A DNA stretch of 64,000 bases, taken from contig JBAXAI010000001.1 in the NCBI GenBank assembly GCA_037142615.1, positions 416,001-480,000 on the forward strand, read 5' to 3'. Position numbers and translations under genes: made by a program. The DNA is from Spirochaetales bacterium. Its GTDB lineage: Bacteria > Spirochaetota > Spirochaetia > JABEVK01. Shown one piece after another: positions 1-10,306 of this stretch. How positions within the stretch are numbered: the first letter of the stretch is position 1; every line of letters begins with the position of its first letter. A model generated the notes under the pieces. It searched no databases, was not told where the DNA came from, and saw nothing but the letters and a program-made list of their open reading frames with translations.

Positions 1-246
1 GGGCTGTCCCCGGGCCAGAGCTGCCGCGTTGACCTGGTTGATCTTCACCGGTGCGCTCAGAAACTCCTGCAAGTCGGACTGGATCTGGAGGTTGACCTCG
101 CCACCGAGGCGGCTGGCCATTTCGGTTACGGCGTGGCGACCCTGGAGCAGACTCAAAACGTAAACGGTGGTGCTCGCCAGAAGTATGATCCCAAGGGTGC
201 TGAAAAGTAAGGCCGAGCGCAGGGAATAGGTTCGGGTTGGTTTCAC
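1..246 (-). CDS. Partial (runs off window) membrane sensor protein N-terminus, probably Cache-domain kinase or cyclase
   Basis: Manual translation from GTG at 246, which overlaps the TGA of the upstream kinase: MKPTRTYSLRSALLFSTLGIILLASTTVYVLSLLQGRHAVTEMA...; one TM segment then a periplasmic helix. Confidence 0.6.
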   Translation of the reverse strand, partial: MKPTRTYSLRSALLFSTLGIILLASTTVYVLSLLQGRHAVTEMASRLGGEVNLQIQSDLQEFLSAPVKINQVNAAALARGQP

Positions 247-3200
247 GACGTTCCACCTTTCGAAGGCTGGCGGACAGAAGACTCTAGCCACGTCCGGATG
301 CCCTCATAATCGAAACTTTCCAGCAGGCGACGTAGCCGGTCGGAGCCGGGATGGCCGGTCGAACGCAATTTATCCTCACAGTTTTGGAGTTGGGCAATGT
401 CGCCCTCGTCGGTAGCCTTCAGGATCCGCCCTGCCAGAGCGGTGGGCAGGGCGTTTTCCTCCTCTTCAAAACCTCTCGCCGACGAACCATAGCTGTAGTG
501 AACGCCGAGTCCCTCGGCAATCCGGCTCAGAAGGTCGGGAGTCCGGAAGGGCTTGCTCAAATACGCGTCTGCCCCCGCTTGTGCGGTCGCAGCCGCCTCA
601 TCCTCGAAGGCGCTGGCCGAGAGCGCAAGAATAAAGATGTCCTTTCCCCAAGCCTCGGCACGGACGCGTCGGGCCATCTCGTAACCGTCCATTACCGGCA
701 TCCTCATGTCGAGGAGAATTCCGTCGGGACGCCAGGCTGCGGCGAGTTCCAAGCCAGTGGCTCCGTTTTCCGCCCCCTTCAGGGCAAAACCAAGTGGTGT
801 CAGGAGTTCGTACAGCAACGAGAGGTTTTCGGGCTTGTCGTCGACGAGCAGGAGCTTCACCAGCGGTGTACCCGGAGCCAAGCCTACCACCTCTTTTGCT
901 TCTGCCCCATCGTCGGGGCCAAGGTCGCCTTTCAGGAGCGGAACCTCCAGGCGGAAGCGGGAACCTACACCGACCTGACTGACAACACTCAGTTCGCCAC
1001 CCATCAATTGGGCGTAGCGGCGGCTGATCGCCAGACCTAGACCGGTGCCGCCAATGCGGCGTCCCATGACGGCTTGGGTGAACTCGCCGAAGATTCCCTC
1101 CTGATCGTCTTCGCTGATGCCTGGACCGGTGTCCTCGACGTCCACCGTCAGCAAAAAAGTTCCCCCGTCCCGTGGCTTGGTGCTGGCCTCGACGGTGACT
1201 CCGCCGCGCTCGGTGAACTTGACGGCGTTGCTCAGCAGGTTGACCAGAATCTGCCGGACCTTTCCCAGGTCGCCTTGGGCAAACGGTGGCAGTTCCGCGC
1301 TGACAGAAACCCGCAGCGACAAACCTTTTTCGCCCAAGCGAAGGCCAAACAGATTTTGGAGATAGGTGAAGAGGAAGGCCAGGTCAAACTCCACCGATTC
1401 CAGCCTGGCCTTGCCGGCTTCAATCTTGGCCATATCGAGAATGTCATTGATCAGCTGGAGCAAATGCTCTCCGCTGCGGTTGATGGTCTCGAGGTGTTCG
1501 GTCTGTTTGGCGGTCAGCGAGGCGTCGCGCTTGAGAATCTGGGCGAAGCCGAGGATGGAATTGAGCGGGGTGCGGATCTCGTGGCTCATATTGGCCAGAA
1601 AAATACTCTTGGCACGGTTGGCTTCTTCGGCCTGAACGGCCAGTTCCTTCGTGACCAGAACCGACGCTTCCAACTGCCGGTTGATTTCGAGAATCTTCTC
1701 TTCGCCGAGTTTCTGTTCCGTAATGTCGCGCCCGGTCGACTGGACTTCCAGCAGGTGTCCCGCGACGTCGAAGATGGCGTGGTCGAGCCATTCCTGCCAC
1801 ACGATGGTGCCGTCAGGAGCCACGATCCGGTGCTGGGAAGCAATGTTGACGCTGCCAGAGCGCAACGCTTCGAGGTTCTTCCTGAGGGTTGCCGAAGCTT
1901 CTATTCCTACGAACTCGAACAGAGGAGTGCCAAGCAGGGAAGCCTCACTGCGCTGGTAGTTGGCGCAAAAAGCCTCGTTGACGTACGTGAGGGTGGTGTC
2001 GGGAAGAAAGCGGCAGACCATTTCCTGCTGGTCCATCAGGACGGCAGCCAAACGTTGTTCGTTCTGCTTGAGGGCGATCTCGGCTTCGACGAGTTCGGTG
2101 ATGTCGACCGAGACAATCCCGTACAAGGGTTCTTCGTCGGTCTCCTGCGCAACCGGAAAGATACACGTTTCGAAAACACCGGCGCCGTGCGCTGTCGTCG
2201 ACACTTCCTGGACGCGCAGAGTCTCGTTGGTCTGTGCCACCTGTTCCAGGCGCTCGTGGAACAAGGGCACGGAAGAGGCGGGAAGAAGTTGGCTGTAGGT
2301 TCTGCCAACGGCCGGTGCCCGGAGAGTCTCGGAAATCATCCGAGACGCCGCGAGGAAGGTTCCCTCGCGGTCCACGATCGCAATGGGAATGGGGCTTTGG
2401 TCAAACCACGAGGACATCCGTCGCTGGGCCCGGTTCCGCTCGTGTTCCAGGCGCACCAATTCGGACACGTCCTCCCAAACACAGGCCACAAGTGAGCTGT
2501 CGGGAGCGAAAAACCGCAGGCTGAAGTACTTGCCCGGGAGGCCTTCGAGCACAAAATCCCGCAAATCGCCCCCGCTGGCAGCACACGCGTGAAACTGCTG
2601 CGCTGCGGCCTCACTGAGACCGAAGGCCGCCTGCGGAGATTTGCCATCCAGGTCGTGACCCGAGAGGCCGGTCAAACGTTCAAACGCCGGGTTGACCTCC
2701 GCGATGGCCAGAGACGGTGCGCCGACGGCTTCGGCGTGGTGCAGGCTCAGTCCATTGTGCATACCCCGGAACAGGGACCGATAGCGCTGCTCAGATCGCT
2801 CCAATTCATTCCGCTGCCAAGCCAAGCGAAGGAAGACACGGACCTTGGAAATCAGAATCGCTGGATCAAACGGCCTGACCAGGTAGTCGATCGCTCCTTC
2901 GTGGTAGCCGTGAAGCAGGTGAGAATCGCCGCCAAAAGCCGCTGAGACGAAAATGATGGGAACCTCGTCGGTAGCCGTCGCGCCTTGGAGGCTGCCCGCC
3001 AGCTCCCAGGCGATCGTCCCGGGCATTTGGACGTCAAGAATCGCGAGACCAAAGTGGTGGCTCGAGGCAAGACTCAGGGCTGCCTCGCGGCTGGTGGCTC
3101 TCATCAGCCGGACGGGCAATCCCGACAAAGCTCGCTCCAGTTCAACCAGGTTGGCGACTTTGTCATCCAAAGCGAGGATCAAGAACTCTGGCGCCGGCAC

Positions 3201-3257
3201 AGGCACGTTCATGGGGCCCTCCCGTGCCAGTATTTCACCGGGCGGTAGTGATGTCAA
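243..3257 (-). CDS. Hybrid sensor histidine kinase/response regulator (REC-PAS repeats-HisKA-HATPase-REC)
   Basis: H-box FLANMSHEIRTPLN, N-box NLLSNAVKFT, G-boxes DTGPGI and GGTGLGL; receiver motifs LDVQMP and LDMRMP. Confidence 0.95.
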   Translation of the reverse strand: MTSLPPGEILAREGPMNVPVPAPEFLILALDDKVANLVELERALSGLPVRLMRATSREAALSLASSHHFGLAILDVQMPGTIAWELAGSLQGATATDEVPIIFVSAAFGGDSHLLHGYHEGAIDYLVRPFDPAILISKVRVFLRLAWQRNELERSEQRYRSLFRGMHNGLSLHHAEAVGAPSLAIAEVNPAFERLTGLSGHDLDGKSPQAAFGLSEAAAQQFHACAASGGDLRDFVLEGLPGKYFSLRFFAPDSSLVACVWEDVSELVRLEHERNRAQRRMSSWFDQSPIPIAIVDREGTFLAASRMISETLRAPAVGRTYSQLLPASSVPLFHERLEQVAQTNETLRVQEVSTTAHGAGVFETCIFPVAQETDEEPLYGIVSVDITELVEAEIALKQNEQRLAAVLMDQQEMVCRFLPDTTLTYVNEAFCANYQRSEASLLGTPLFEFVGIEASATLRKNLEALRSGSVNIASQHRIVAPDGTIVWQEWLDHAIFDVAGHLLEVQSTGRDITEQKLGEEKILEINRQLEASVLVTKELAVQAEEANRAKSIFLANMSHEIRTPLNSILGFAQILKRDASLTAKQTEHLETINRSGEHLLQLINDILDMAKIEAGKARLESVEFDLAFLFTYLQNLFGLRLGEKGLSLRVSVSAELPPFAQGDLGKVRQILVNLLSNAVKFTERGGVTVEASTKPRDGGTFLLTVDVEDTGPGISEDDQEGIFGEFTQAVMGRRIGGTGLGLAISRRYAQLMGGELSVVSQVGVGSRFRLEVPLLKGDLGPDDGAEAKEVVGLAPGTPLVKLLLVDDKPENLSLLYELLTPLGFALKGAENGATGLELAAAWRPDGILLDMRMPVMDGYEMARRVRAEAWGKDIFILALSASAFEDEAAATAQAGADAYLSKPFRTPDLLSRIAEGLGVHYSYGSSARGFEEEENALPTALAGRILKATDEGDIAQLQNCEDKLRSTGHPGSDRLRRLLESFDYEGIRTWLESSVRQPSKGGTS

Positions 3258-3287
3258 GATAGAATAGACTTTTTAGATATTGTGGAA

Positions 3288-4358
3288 TTAACTGTGAGTT
3301 TTGTCGTCCCGTGCCGGGGGGTGCCGTGACTGGATGAGCATCGCGTCGCCGTAGCTGAAGAAACGGTAGCGCGCCTCGACCGCCTGACGGTAGGTCTCGA
3401 GCATAAAGTCTTGTCCGGCGAACGCGCAGACCAGCATGAGAAGAGTACTCTCGGGGGTGTGGAAGTTGGTGAACAACTGGTCAACGGCCCGGAATCGGTA
3501 GCCGGGGGTGATAAAGATATCGGTGCTCCCGCTGCCTGCCTCCCAGTGGCCTGCCGCCCAGCCGTCGGCCGTGAAGCTGGCTTCCAGGGTCCTCAGGCTG
3601 GTAGTCCCAACGGCCAGAATGGGGCGACGCTCCCCGCGCGCACGGTTAAGCGCCGCCACGGCCGACTCGCTCAGGTGATAGCGCTCGGTGTGCATCTTGT
3701 GGTCGGCGACATTTTCGGCCCGCACCGGAAGAAACGTTCCCAGGCCCACCTCCAGCGTGACATAGGCTAGCTCCACACCGCGCTCGGTCAACGCGTCCAG
3801 AATCGATTGGGTGAAGTGAAGACCCGCCGTTGGGGCTGCCGCGCTACCGGTTTCGCGGGCATAGATAGTTTGATAGCGCTCGGCATCGGCCTCGGTATCG
3901 GGTCGCTGGATGTACGGTGGCAAGGGAAGATGCCCGTAAGCCTCAAGCCAGAGCTCGGTGATCGGAGGCTCAAAGTGCAGAACCCGTACATTGCCTTCGG
4001 CGCTTGCCACCGTGGCCATCACGTCGCCAGGAAAGCGAAGCTTCTGACCAAACCTGAGTTTCTTGGCTTTGTTGACCAGCGCTTCCCACGGCCCCCCAGT
4101 CAAAGGCCGCAGCAGAACCACCTCGACCCGCCCCCCATGCTCGGTGGTACCGAAGACACGGGCCTTGCGCACCCTGGTATCGTTGAACACCATCAGGGTT
4201 CCCGGGGCGATGCATTGCGCAAGCTCGGCAACCGACCGATGGCTGCGGGTCTGTCGTACCGGATCGAGGACCAGAAGCCGACTTTGCCCCCGCTCGGAGG
4301 GAGGAGCCTGAGCGACCAGTTCGTCGGGCAGATGAAACGAAAAATCGGAGGTCTTCAC
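3288..4358 (-). CDS. queA: S-adenosylmethionine:tRNA ribosyltransferase-isomerase
   Basis: Motifs VFNDTRV, PLPPYI, RYQTIYA, GSAAAPTAGLHFT, TNFHTP, YRFFSYGDAM. Confidence 0.97.
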   Translation of the reverse strand: MKTSDFSFHLPDELVAQAPPSERGQSRLLVLDPVRQTRSHRSVAELAQCIAPGTLMVFNDTRVRKARVFGTTEHGGRVEVVLLRPLTGGPWEALVNKAKKLRFGQKLRFPGDVMATVASAEGNVRVLHFEPPITELWLEAYGHLPLPPYIQRPDTEADAERYQTIYARETGSAAAPTAGLHFTQSILDALTERGVELAYVTLEVGLGTFLPVRAENVADHKMHTERYHLSESAVAALNRARGERRPILAVGTTSLRTLEASFTADGWAAGHWEAGSGSTDIFITPGYRFRAVDQLFTNFHTPESTLLMLVCAFAGQDFMLETYRQAVEARYRFFSYGDAMLIQSRHPPARDDKTHS

Positions 4359-4361
4359 GAG

Positions 4362-5396
4362 CTAGAAAAGACTCCCCTGATCAGCCTGCTCGCGCCGTTC
4401 GTTCCAGAGGGTCTCGAGACCGAGGTGCTGATAGGCGAGCGACGTGGCTTGGCGACCGCGTGGTGTGCGCATCAAGAACCCCCGCTGGATGAGATAGGGT
4501 TCATAAAAGTCCTCGAGACTGTCGATCCCCTCGCCTACGCTGATGGCCAGAGTTTCGGCACCCACGGGACCGCCCCCGTAATTCTGAATCACCGAGCGCA
4601 AGATGGCCCGGTCCTGCTTCTCAAGACCGTACAGGTCGATTTCCATGCGCTGGAGGGCCCTGCTCACCACCTCGAGGGTGATCACGCCGTCGCCCTGCAC
4701 CTGCGCAAAGTCACGCATGCGGCGCAGAAGTCGGTTCGCCACCCGAGGCGTCCCGCGGCTGCACTGCGCCAGCAAGTCGGCGGCGTCATCGGGCAGGTCA
4801 ACCGCCAAAATAGTGGCCGACCGAAGCAGGATGTGCCTTAGTTCTTCCACCGTATAGAGATCAATACGCAGATGGATGCCGAAGCGGCTGAACAGGGGGC
4901 TCGACACCCGCCCAGGTTTGGTGGTGGCACCGACCAAGGTGAACTTGGGCAACGGGATGCGCACCGTGCGGGCACTCGGCCCTTGCCCGATGATCCAATC
5001 GAGTTCGCCGTCTTCCATGGCGATGTAGAGCATTTCTTCGATCACGGGCTTCAGGCGGTGAATTTCGTCGATGAAGAACACGCTGTTTTCGGTGAGCGTC
5101 GTCAAGAGCCCTGCGATGTCTTTGGGCTTGTCGATGGCCGGGGCACTGGTCACTTTGAGTTCGGCGCCGAGTTCGTTGGCCATGATGCCGGCCAAGGTGG
5201 TTTTACCCAGGCCGGGGGGACCCGAGATGAACACGTGGTCGAGGGCTTCCTTGCGCTCGCGGGCAGCCGTGATGTAGACAGTCAGGTTTTCTTTGATCGC
5301 GTCCTGGCCCTGAAAGTCACGCAAGACCAAGGGCCGCAGACCGAGTTCTTTCTGCTCCTCACCCTCGCTGGCACTGGGGTTGGTCACCGTATCCAT
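4362..5396 (-). CDS. ruvB: Holliday junction branch migration helicase RuvB
   Basis: [54 protein letters not shown]. Confidence 0.98.
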   Translation of the reverse strand: MDTVTNPSASEGEEQKELGLRPLVLRDFQGQDAIKENLTVYITAARERKEALDHVFISGPPGLGKTTLAGIMANELGAELKVTSAPAIDKPKDIAGLLTTLTENSVFFIDEIHRLKPVIEEMLYIAMEDGELDWIIGQGPSARTVRIPLPKFTLVGATTKPGRVSSPLFSRFGIHLRIDLYTVEELRHILLRSATILAVDLPDDAADLLAQCSRGTPRVANRLLRRMRDFAQVQGDGVITLEVVSRALQRMEIDLYGLEKQDRAILRSVIQNYGGGPVGAETLAISVGEGIDSLEDFYEPYLIQRGFLMRTPRGRQATSLAYQHLGLETLWNERREQADQGSLF

Positions 5397-5403
5397 GGCA
5401 GCC

Positions 5404-6000
5404 TCAACCCGCCGACAGCTTCAGCAAAGCTCTTTGAAACAAGGTCCGTTCCCGCTCGGCGACCGAAAGTTTGGCGAGCGCGGCATCGTTGTTCAGGTCC
5501 TGAACCACTTTCTCAACCTCGCGGCGGTCAAAGCCCATTTCGGCCAGGCTGGCGATCAACTCTGCCAACGGATTGCCCCCGGGAACGGTCTCATCGACCA
5601 ACAACAGCTTGCCCTGCAGGGCCAAGATCATCTTCTGCGCCGTCTTGAGCCCCAGTCCGGGGATTTTGGACAACTTCCCGGCGTCGTTGGCTTCGAGCGC
5701 CCCGGCGAACTCCTGATGGCGCATGCCCGAAAGGCACTTGAGCGCCAGTTTGGGCCCTACCCCCGACACCTTGATCAGGTCGAGGAACAGCGAGCGTTCG
5801 GAAACTGAGGCAAACCCGTAGACCTTCATGCTGTCCTCGGTGTGTTGCAGCCAGGTGTACACCCGGGCGCGTTGGCCGACGGAGGGAAGAGCCTCGATCG
5901 AGAACCGGCCCATGCCGATATCCCATTCTACATCTCCTGCCTGCAAAAAGACTTGCTCAAGACCTTTGCGGGTGACTTCGCCACTGATGCTGTTCCACAT
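5404..6000 (-). CDS. ruvA: Holliday junction binding protein RuvA
   Basis: Start MWNSISG at 6000; HhH motifs VSGVGPKLA and [11 protein letters not shown]; lies between ruvC and ruvB. Confidence 0.95.
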   Translation of the reverse strand: MWNSISGEVTRKGLEQVFLQAGDVEWDIGMGRFSIEALPSVGQRARVYTWLQHTEDSMKVYGFASVSERSLFLDLIKVSGVGPKLALKCLSGMRHQEFAGALEANDAGKLSKIPGLGLKTAQKMILALQGKLLLVDETVPGGNPLAELIASLAEMGFDRREVEKVVQDLNNDAALAKLSVAERERTLFQRALLKLSAG

Positions 6001-6002
6001 AC

Positions 6003-6506
6003 CTACCTCAACTTCGCAAGGGCCGCCAGGCCGCCGGGTGGTCCCTGATTCACATGGCAAATGGCTGCTGCCAACGCGTCGGCAGCATGGTCAGGCTTAG
6101 GAATCTCCGGGAGTTTCAGCAGCAACTTCACCATTTCCTGCACCTGCCTCTTGTCAGCTTGGCCGACACCGACCAGGGCGAGCTTGATCTGCGTGGGATT
6201 GTACTGCCCGACGGCAAGGCCGGCCTGGGCAAACGCAAGAAGCACCACGCCACGCACCTCAGCCACGGGCAGGCCGCTCGAGATGTTCTTCACAAAGTAC
6301 AGATTCTCTATGCCGGCCTGCTCGGGGCAAAACTGGACGATCAACTTCTGCACCTCGTTGTACAAATACAACAACCGGGCCTCCTGAGGTTGGCCGGCCG
6401 CAGTGGTGAGCACCCCATGGGCCACGTGCGTCGAGCGGCCGCCGTCAACAGAGATGACCCCCCAGCCCAGCGAAGCCAGGCCGGGGTCGATCCCGAGAAC
6501 CTTCAT
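6003..6506 (-). CDS. ruvC: Crossover junction endodeoxyribonuclease RuvC
   Basis: MKVLGIDPG, ADKRQVQEMV, PDHAADALAAAICH. Confidence 0.96.
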   Translation of the reverse strand: MKVLGIDPGLASLGWGVISVDGGRSTHVAHGVLTTAAGQPQEARLLYLYNEVQKLIVQFCPEQAGIENLYFVKNISSGLPVAEVRGVVLLAFAQAGLAVGQYNPTQIKLALVGVGQADKRQVQEMVKLLLKLPEIPKPDHAADALAAAICHVNQGPPGGLAALAKLR

Positions 6507-6519
6507 CAGGTTCCCCGGT

Positions 6520-7260
6520 TCACTCTTCCTCGCCGACGTCGAGGATCGACATGTCGAGATTGTGGTAGACGTTCTGCACGTCATCATTTTCTTCCAAGCG
6601 GTCAACGAGCGTCATGATCTTTTCGGCGGTCTCTTTGTCGGGAGCCACCCGCGCCTGAGGAATCAGGCTGACCTCGGCCATTTCGGTGGCCAAGCCGGCC
6701 TTGTTGATGGCTTCCAGGACCTTTTCAAAGTCGGCGGGCGCCGTGGTGACCTCAAAGTTGCCGTTGTCGACGATGTCTTCAGCTCCGGCATCGAGGGCAA
6801 TTTCCATCACGGCATCCTCGGTGGTTTTTTCACCGTCGACAACGATCAGGCCCTTGCGTTCAAACAAGCGGGTAACAGAACCTACGGTGGCCAACTGGCC
6901 GTTGCCTTTGGTGAGGATCATGCGCACGTCGGCGGCTGTGCGGTTCTTGTTGTCGGTGAGCGTTTCGACCAGCAAGGCAACACCCCCGGGGGCATAGGCC
7001 TCGTAGGTCAATTCGACGAACTCCTGGCCCTCCAACTCACCGGCACCCTTCTTGATGGCCCTGTCGATGTTGTCCTTCGGCATGTTGGCGGCCTTGGCTT
7101 TGAGGACGGCCATCCGGAGACGTGCGTTGCCTTCCAGACTGGAGCCCGAGCGGGCTGAGACCATGATCTCTTTGATGATCTTGGTAAAAACCGCGCCGCG
7201 CTTGGCGTCAAGGGCCCCCTTTTTTCGTTTGATGGTGGCCCATTTGCTGTGTCCTGACAT
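6520..7260 (-). CDS. yebC: YebC/PmpR family protein
   Basis: MSGHSKWATIKRKKG, NMPKDNIDRAIKK, TDNKNRT, DDVQNVYHN; usual synteny with ruvCAB. Confidence 0.96.
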   Translation of the reverse strand: MSGHSKWATIKRKKGALDAKRGAVFTKIIKEIMVSARSGSSLEGNARLRMAVLKAKAANMPKDNIDRAIKKGAGELEGQEFVELTYEAYAPGGVALLVETLTDNKNRTAADVRMILTKGNGQLATVGSVTRLFERKGLIVVDGEKTTEDAVMEIALDAGAEDIVDNGNFEVTTAPADFEKVLEAINKAGLATEMAEVSLIPQARVAPDKETAEKIMTLVDRLEENDDVQNVYHNLDMSILDVGEEE

Positions 7261-7310
7261 GGATGCGTCCTCTTTTCGGTGTTTAGGTTATTACCAGAGA
7301 TTTCAGCGGC

Positions 7311-8069
7311 TCACAAGCCCCCGAAGCGGTCGAAGGGCCAGTAGGCAAACAGGGCTGTCGCCTTGATCGAGGTTCGCTTTACGACGCCCCAGGATCGCGA
7401 ATCTTCGCCGGCGGTCCGGTTGTCGGCAAGCACGAAGTATTCGTCGGGTCCCAGAACCTTTTCGGACATTGTATCGCCCAGAGGAAAGGTCGACTTCCAG
7501 TTCGTGGGCAACGTGTCCGACTGAATGGTGTAGGTGCGTTTGGACAACTCGTACTCACTCAAAAAGTACGACTCGCCCTTGGGTTTGACCTGCGCCGTGA
7601 AGTGCTCCATCTTGATGGTGTCGCCCGGCAACGCAATCACGCGGCGAAGAACGAACTCCTTATCCCAGTCCGGCCGGTTCATCGTGTCGAGCGAAACAAA
7701 GTTCGCCGTAAAGAAACGGACCAGGTCGTCGCCGGCGGCCACCCAGGGTTGGGCCTGAACGTGGTAGGGAGGTACGAGTTCCACCAACTCGCCGTGCTCC
7801 GGTCCGCGCCAACCCGGAAGTCCGAACGGAAGAAAGGGAATTGTGCTGTTGCCGAAGGGCAAGGGCGACACGACAAGCGAGGTCTCGGGAGCAACCGTAG
7901 GTTGCATCGTGATGGAGTTCCATCGGACTGTCCGCAGAAACAGTGCCCCCAGAACGAGATAGCCGAGGTAGACGAGAAAGAAAATCAGGAACACACGAAA
8001 GAACTGCTCGCGTCGTTTCTTTTGCGTTGTGTAACTTTGATAGCGGCTGAAACTGCCCTTACCGGCCAT
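7311..8069 (-). CDS. lepB: Signal peptidase I (S26) family protein with substituted catalytic dyad
   Basis: TM anchor; box B NSITMQPT; box D VLRRVIALPGD; box E YFVLADNR..GEDSRSWG. Confidence 0.85.
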   Translation of the reverse strand: MAGKGSFSRYQSYTTQKKRREQFFRVFLIFFLVYLGYLVLGALFLRTVRWNSITMQPTVAPETSLVVSPLPFGNSTIPFLPFGLPGWRGPEHGELVELVPPYHVQAQPWVAAGDDLVRFFTANFVSLDTMNRPDWDKEFVLRRVIALPGDTIKMEHFTAQVKPKGESYFLSEYELSKRTYTIQSDTLPTNWKSTFPLGDTMSEKVLGPDEYFVLADNRTAGEDSRSWGVVKRTSIKATALFAYWPFDRFGGL

Positions 8070-8769
8070 GGAAAACCTCCGCCAGGAGACCCTGGAGTTG
8101 CCCGACCCGGACGAGCCGGGGTTGTCCCGCGAGCACGACGCACACCCAGTCCCGGGGAACGAAGGTGCCGAGTTCGCGCCGTTGCGAGGCGCGCAAAGCG
8201 CTGGCATTGTCAGGTTCGTATTGAACCAACACCGTTGCAGAAAGCCGCTCCCACTCTGCCTCGTCGCGCTCCGCTAGGGAGCCTGCTACCTGCGCGTTGT
8301 TCCGATCGGCAGCGGTCGCGGTCAACCCCAACGCGCCGAGCACTTGGGCACGGACCGCTCCGGGAAGCAGCGCTCGGTAGCGGGCCCCAGCGCTAGGAAC
8401 CGGCCCAAAGTAAACTGTGTCGGAGCCCGCAGGGCGAACCCCGGCCCGCCCGTCGCGCCACACAACAATATCGCCGGCTACCCCGACGATCACACCCCGC
8501 TGCCCTCCCACGAAAACTTGCGAGGTCCTGGCATTGTTGGAAAGTCCGCCGAAACGCCAAAAAAAAGCCCGGTCACCTTCGGAATTCTGCACTGTGTCGA
8601 CCAAGAAAACACCCGCCGCCAGAGCCAAAGTGGCAAGGACAACCGTGATCTGCAGAGCATCAAACCAGCGGTTTCTTGGTGGAGCCTCAGGTCGGCGTTT
8701 GGCCAGGCGCGACAGGAGTGAGAGCAGGAACTCGGTGCCGACGACCAGCCGGTTCAGAAACGCGTCCAC
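8059..8769 (-). CDS. Membrane protein, possibly a highly degenerate S26 signal-peptidase paralog
   Basis: One TM segment; VIVGVAGDIVVWRDG and FVPRDWVCVV resemble S26 boxes D/E; overlaps the lepB start. Confidence 0.55.
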   Translation of the reverse strand: MDAFLNRLVVGTEFLLSLLSRLAKRRPEAPPRNRWFDALQITVVLATLALAAGVFLVDTVQNSEGDRAFFWRFGGLSNNARTSQVFVGGQRGVIVGVAGDIVVWRDGRAGVRPAGSDTVYFGPVPSAGARYRALLPGAVRAQVLGALGLTATAADRNNAQVAGSLAERDEAEWERLSATVLVQYEPDNASALRASQRRELGTFVPRDWVCVVLAGQPRLVRVGQLQGLLAEVFHGR

Positions 8770-8798
8770 GGCCGCACCTTAACACGCAACTGCTTTCA

Positions 8799-8827
8799 TT
8801 GACAAGACAAATTCACCTCCCTATAAT
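8799..8827 (+). promoter_or_regulatory. Consensus sigma70 promoter for the PEGA-smpB-DnaJ operon
   Basis: TTGACA (8799-8804), 17 bp spacer, TATAAT (8822-8827); ATG at 8837. Confidence 0.85.
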
Positions 8828-8836
8828 GGGCAATCC

Positions 8837-10306
8837 ATGAATCCCCAACCCCGCCTGAAACCCTTTTTCGGTATTCCGCCAAAGACTTGGCTGGCCGGGA
8901 TTTACCTCACGGTTACGCTGACGGGACTGTTCTTCCTGGTCTTGTGGAACGGGCTCGCGCATCCGGGAACGCTGTGGACCGTGACCAGCACGCCTCCGGG
9001 GGCTGCGGTCCTATGGAAACAGGCGCCGCTGGGTCAAACTCCCTTGACGGTGTTCCTGCCGGAAGGGTCCGGAGAGCTCCGCGTCGCCAAGCCGTCTTTT
9101 GTACCGTTCCTGCAGAAACTGGACGTGCAGAACTCTCTATTTTTGAGCCTGTTTTGGCCGCGCAAGGCTTCGTTGGACGTTTTTTTGCAGCCCAGGTCGT
9201 CGGAAAGTGTCGCGAGTGATGCGGTGTTCAACATCGGAAGTTGGTCGCTGGCGGCGCCTTTTGACGAGACGAACCCCTTCCCACCGCTTTTCAGCACCTT
9301 GGTTGCCGATGCCAGTTCTGTCGGCATGTCTCCCAAAGCGATTCAGGACCTTCTGCTGCAGTTGCGTCCGTTGGTGGCCGACCCCCAGATGTACGCCGAC
9401 TATGGCAGGGCGCTCGGCCTGTGGACTGACCTTCCTCCTGCTGGATTGCAAGCGCAGGCAAAGTTGTGGACACCGTTGCTGCGGGTCGGCAATACCGAAA
9501 CGACGAGGCTCGTTTTCTGGGTGCTGGCCAACCAGAGTCCCGACGTTCGAAAAGCCGTTCTCGACTCGGGGGGCACGGACTTTCAGGCACTTCGCGAAGC
9601 TTGGCAAAAGAGCATTCTGACGCTCCCCGACGACGCGTTGGTCGTTCCCGCCAAGCCGAGTCAGGGGGAAGTGCGTTTTGTAGCCGTGTCACCGCAATGG
9701 TTCTACTGGGGGCAGTCGGCTGGCAAGCCGGAAATCCCCACGGAGCGTCCGTTCCGCCTTCCGGTACCCGCTCAGACCCGGGCCTTTCTGATCGCGACGC
9801 TTCCGGTCACGCGGGGCGAGTTCGAGGCCTTCGTTGCGGCTAACCCGGAATGGTCCCGAGCCCGAGCCATCGAACTCGGCAGGGCCGATAGCGGATATTT
9901 GGGTTCGGATTCGGCCACCACCTCGGCCACAGCACCGGTCACTCAGGTTTCCTGGTGGGCCGCACAGGCGTATGTGGCGTGGCTGAACGCGTTGGGCCGA
10001 GCCCCTGCGGGCCAGCGGTTCGCGCTTGCCAGCGAATTGGAGTGGGAGTCGGCAGTCCGCCAGATTCCGACGCTTATGAACCCCAAAAAGGCTTTCTGGG
10101 AGTGGACGGCTTCGGCCTACGGAGTCGCTGATCCGTTGGTGTGGGGGCAAAATCCGGTCCCCGAGCTTCCTTACGCGAGCTATGCGCGTACCCTCAAGGG
10201 TGGTTCAGCCCCCTGGTTGCGGGCGGGTGCCGCGGCGACAGCCACCTCTCCCGTTGTGGGCTTTCGATTGACAGTCAGGACATTGCCCCCGGAGGCCAAA
10301 CAATGA
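8837..10306 (+). CDS. PEGA domain plus FGE-sulfatase (SUMF1-like) domain membrane protein
   Basis: VTSTPPGAAV..LGQTP (PEGA); PVTQVSWWAAQAYVAWL, LASELEWE, WEWT, VGFRL (FGE). Confidence 0.85.
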   Translation: MNPQPRLKPFFGIPPKTWLAGIYLTVTLTGLFFLVLWNGLAHPGTLWTVTSTPPGAAVLWKQAPLGQTPLTVFLPEGSGELRVAKPSFVPFLQKLDVQNSLFLSLFWPRKASLDVFLQPRSSESVASDAVFNIGSWSLAAPFDETNPFPPLFSTLVADASSVGMSPKAIQDLLLQLRPLVADPQMYADYGRALGLWTDLPPAGLQAQAKLWTPLLRVGNTETTRLVFWVLANQSPDVRKAVLDSGGTDFQALREAWQKSILTLPDDALVVPAKPSQGEVRFVAVSPQWFYWGQSAGKPEIPTERPFRLPVPAQTRAFLIATLPVTRGEFEAFVAANPEWSRARAIELGRADSGYLGSDSATTSATAPVTQVSWWAAQAYVAWLNALGRAPAGQRFALASELEWESAVRQIPTLMNPKKAFWEWTASAYGVADPLVWGQNPVPELPYASYARTLKGGSAPWLRAGAAATATSPVVGFRLTVRTLPPEAKQ

